A stretch of 63,543 bases of DNA, filler included, from Nemertoderma westbladi (Eukaryota > Animalia > Xenacoelomorpha): the NCBI GenBank assembly GCA_032718475.1. It is 3 parts of 3 records of this genome, joined end to end, with 100 filler letters (N's around TTAATTAATTAA, not from the genome) between each part and the next. Parts side by side here need not be neighbours in the genome. Positions count along the whole stretch, not along the records: positions 47,054 to 63,543 come from JAUCBJ010001818.1; 2 more parts are not named here. One strand, written 5' to 3'. Position 1 is the stretch's first letter, and each line of letters starts with the position of its first letter. Positions 62,958 to 63,543 of the stretch are shown in pieces. The notes under the pieces were generated by a model that worked only from the letters and a program-made list of their open reading frames with translations, had not been told where the DNA came from and ran no database searches. A program made the position numbers and the translations under genes.

Positions 62958-63543
62958 TGGTTTTATAATAAATAAGGGGATTCAACAGTTCAATGCTAAA
63001 ACAAATGGATTATTCCTAACCCCACCCCAATACAGCAATATACCTAACAGTATATAGCTTAGGTACCACAGTCTGACAGTACCATAATCAGCACAGTCAG
63101 CCTACGCATGGGTGGTACCTACGGTGCGCACTACAACGGCAGTACAGCAATACGGTGTACCGTGCCAATGACTGAATGATTAGCGGTAACTACTGAACTA
63201 TCTAAACTATTATATTATTATTACCGGTACTAGGCTAATTAGGCCTAAACTATAATCACCGCAAGGGTTTCCGGGGCCATGTTTAGATTACATGATATGG
63301 CATGTCTGCAGTGTATGGTACCGGCTGACCTGTATTGCAGTATTGAACTGATTGCAGAATTCTCGATTCAGGAATTGAGTACAGCCTGACAGTACCGGTA
63401 CAAATGGTACATGCAGATTGGCAGACAGCCCCTATGTTTTGCAAAATTTGTCAGAAAACCAGCTGATTTATCCTACAGTAATAATAATTTAACGCATGTT
63501 AATTTTGGATAAATAAATATATTATAACTACAATAACAGTTAC

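Overview
AT-rich, TE-dense animal (probably invertebrate) nuclear DNA with two artificial 100-bp scaffold spacers. Host genes: a 3-exon UBA1 (2941-13254, +); four intronless genes, TMEM242, QTRT1 and FBXW4-like (+) and cystinosin (-); two exons of an aminergic GPCR (+); and the probable start of an HMBOX1-like gene running off the left edge (-). Mobile DNA: a rearranged BEL/Pao element lacking RT and integrase, a Mag-type Ty3/Gypsy element, a decayed THAP/P-element transposase, RTE-, CRE- and CR1/L2-type fragments, and many MITEs. There are two large tandem arrays: a 68-bp satellite related to a MITE core, and a 13-14-bp G-rich array starting just after the UBA1 stop. The most unexplained signals are a multi-hairpin element at 34584-34758 whose non-Watson-Crick stem pairs are all G-U on the + strand, an operon-like intronless gene cluster, and palindrome-rich patches upstream of genes that share a 12-mer. 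All family calls come from motif recognition by eye; no database search or folding program was run.
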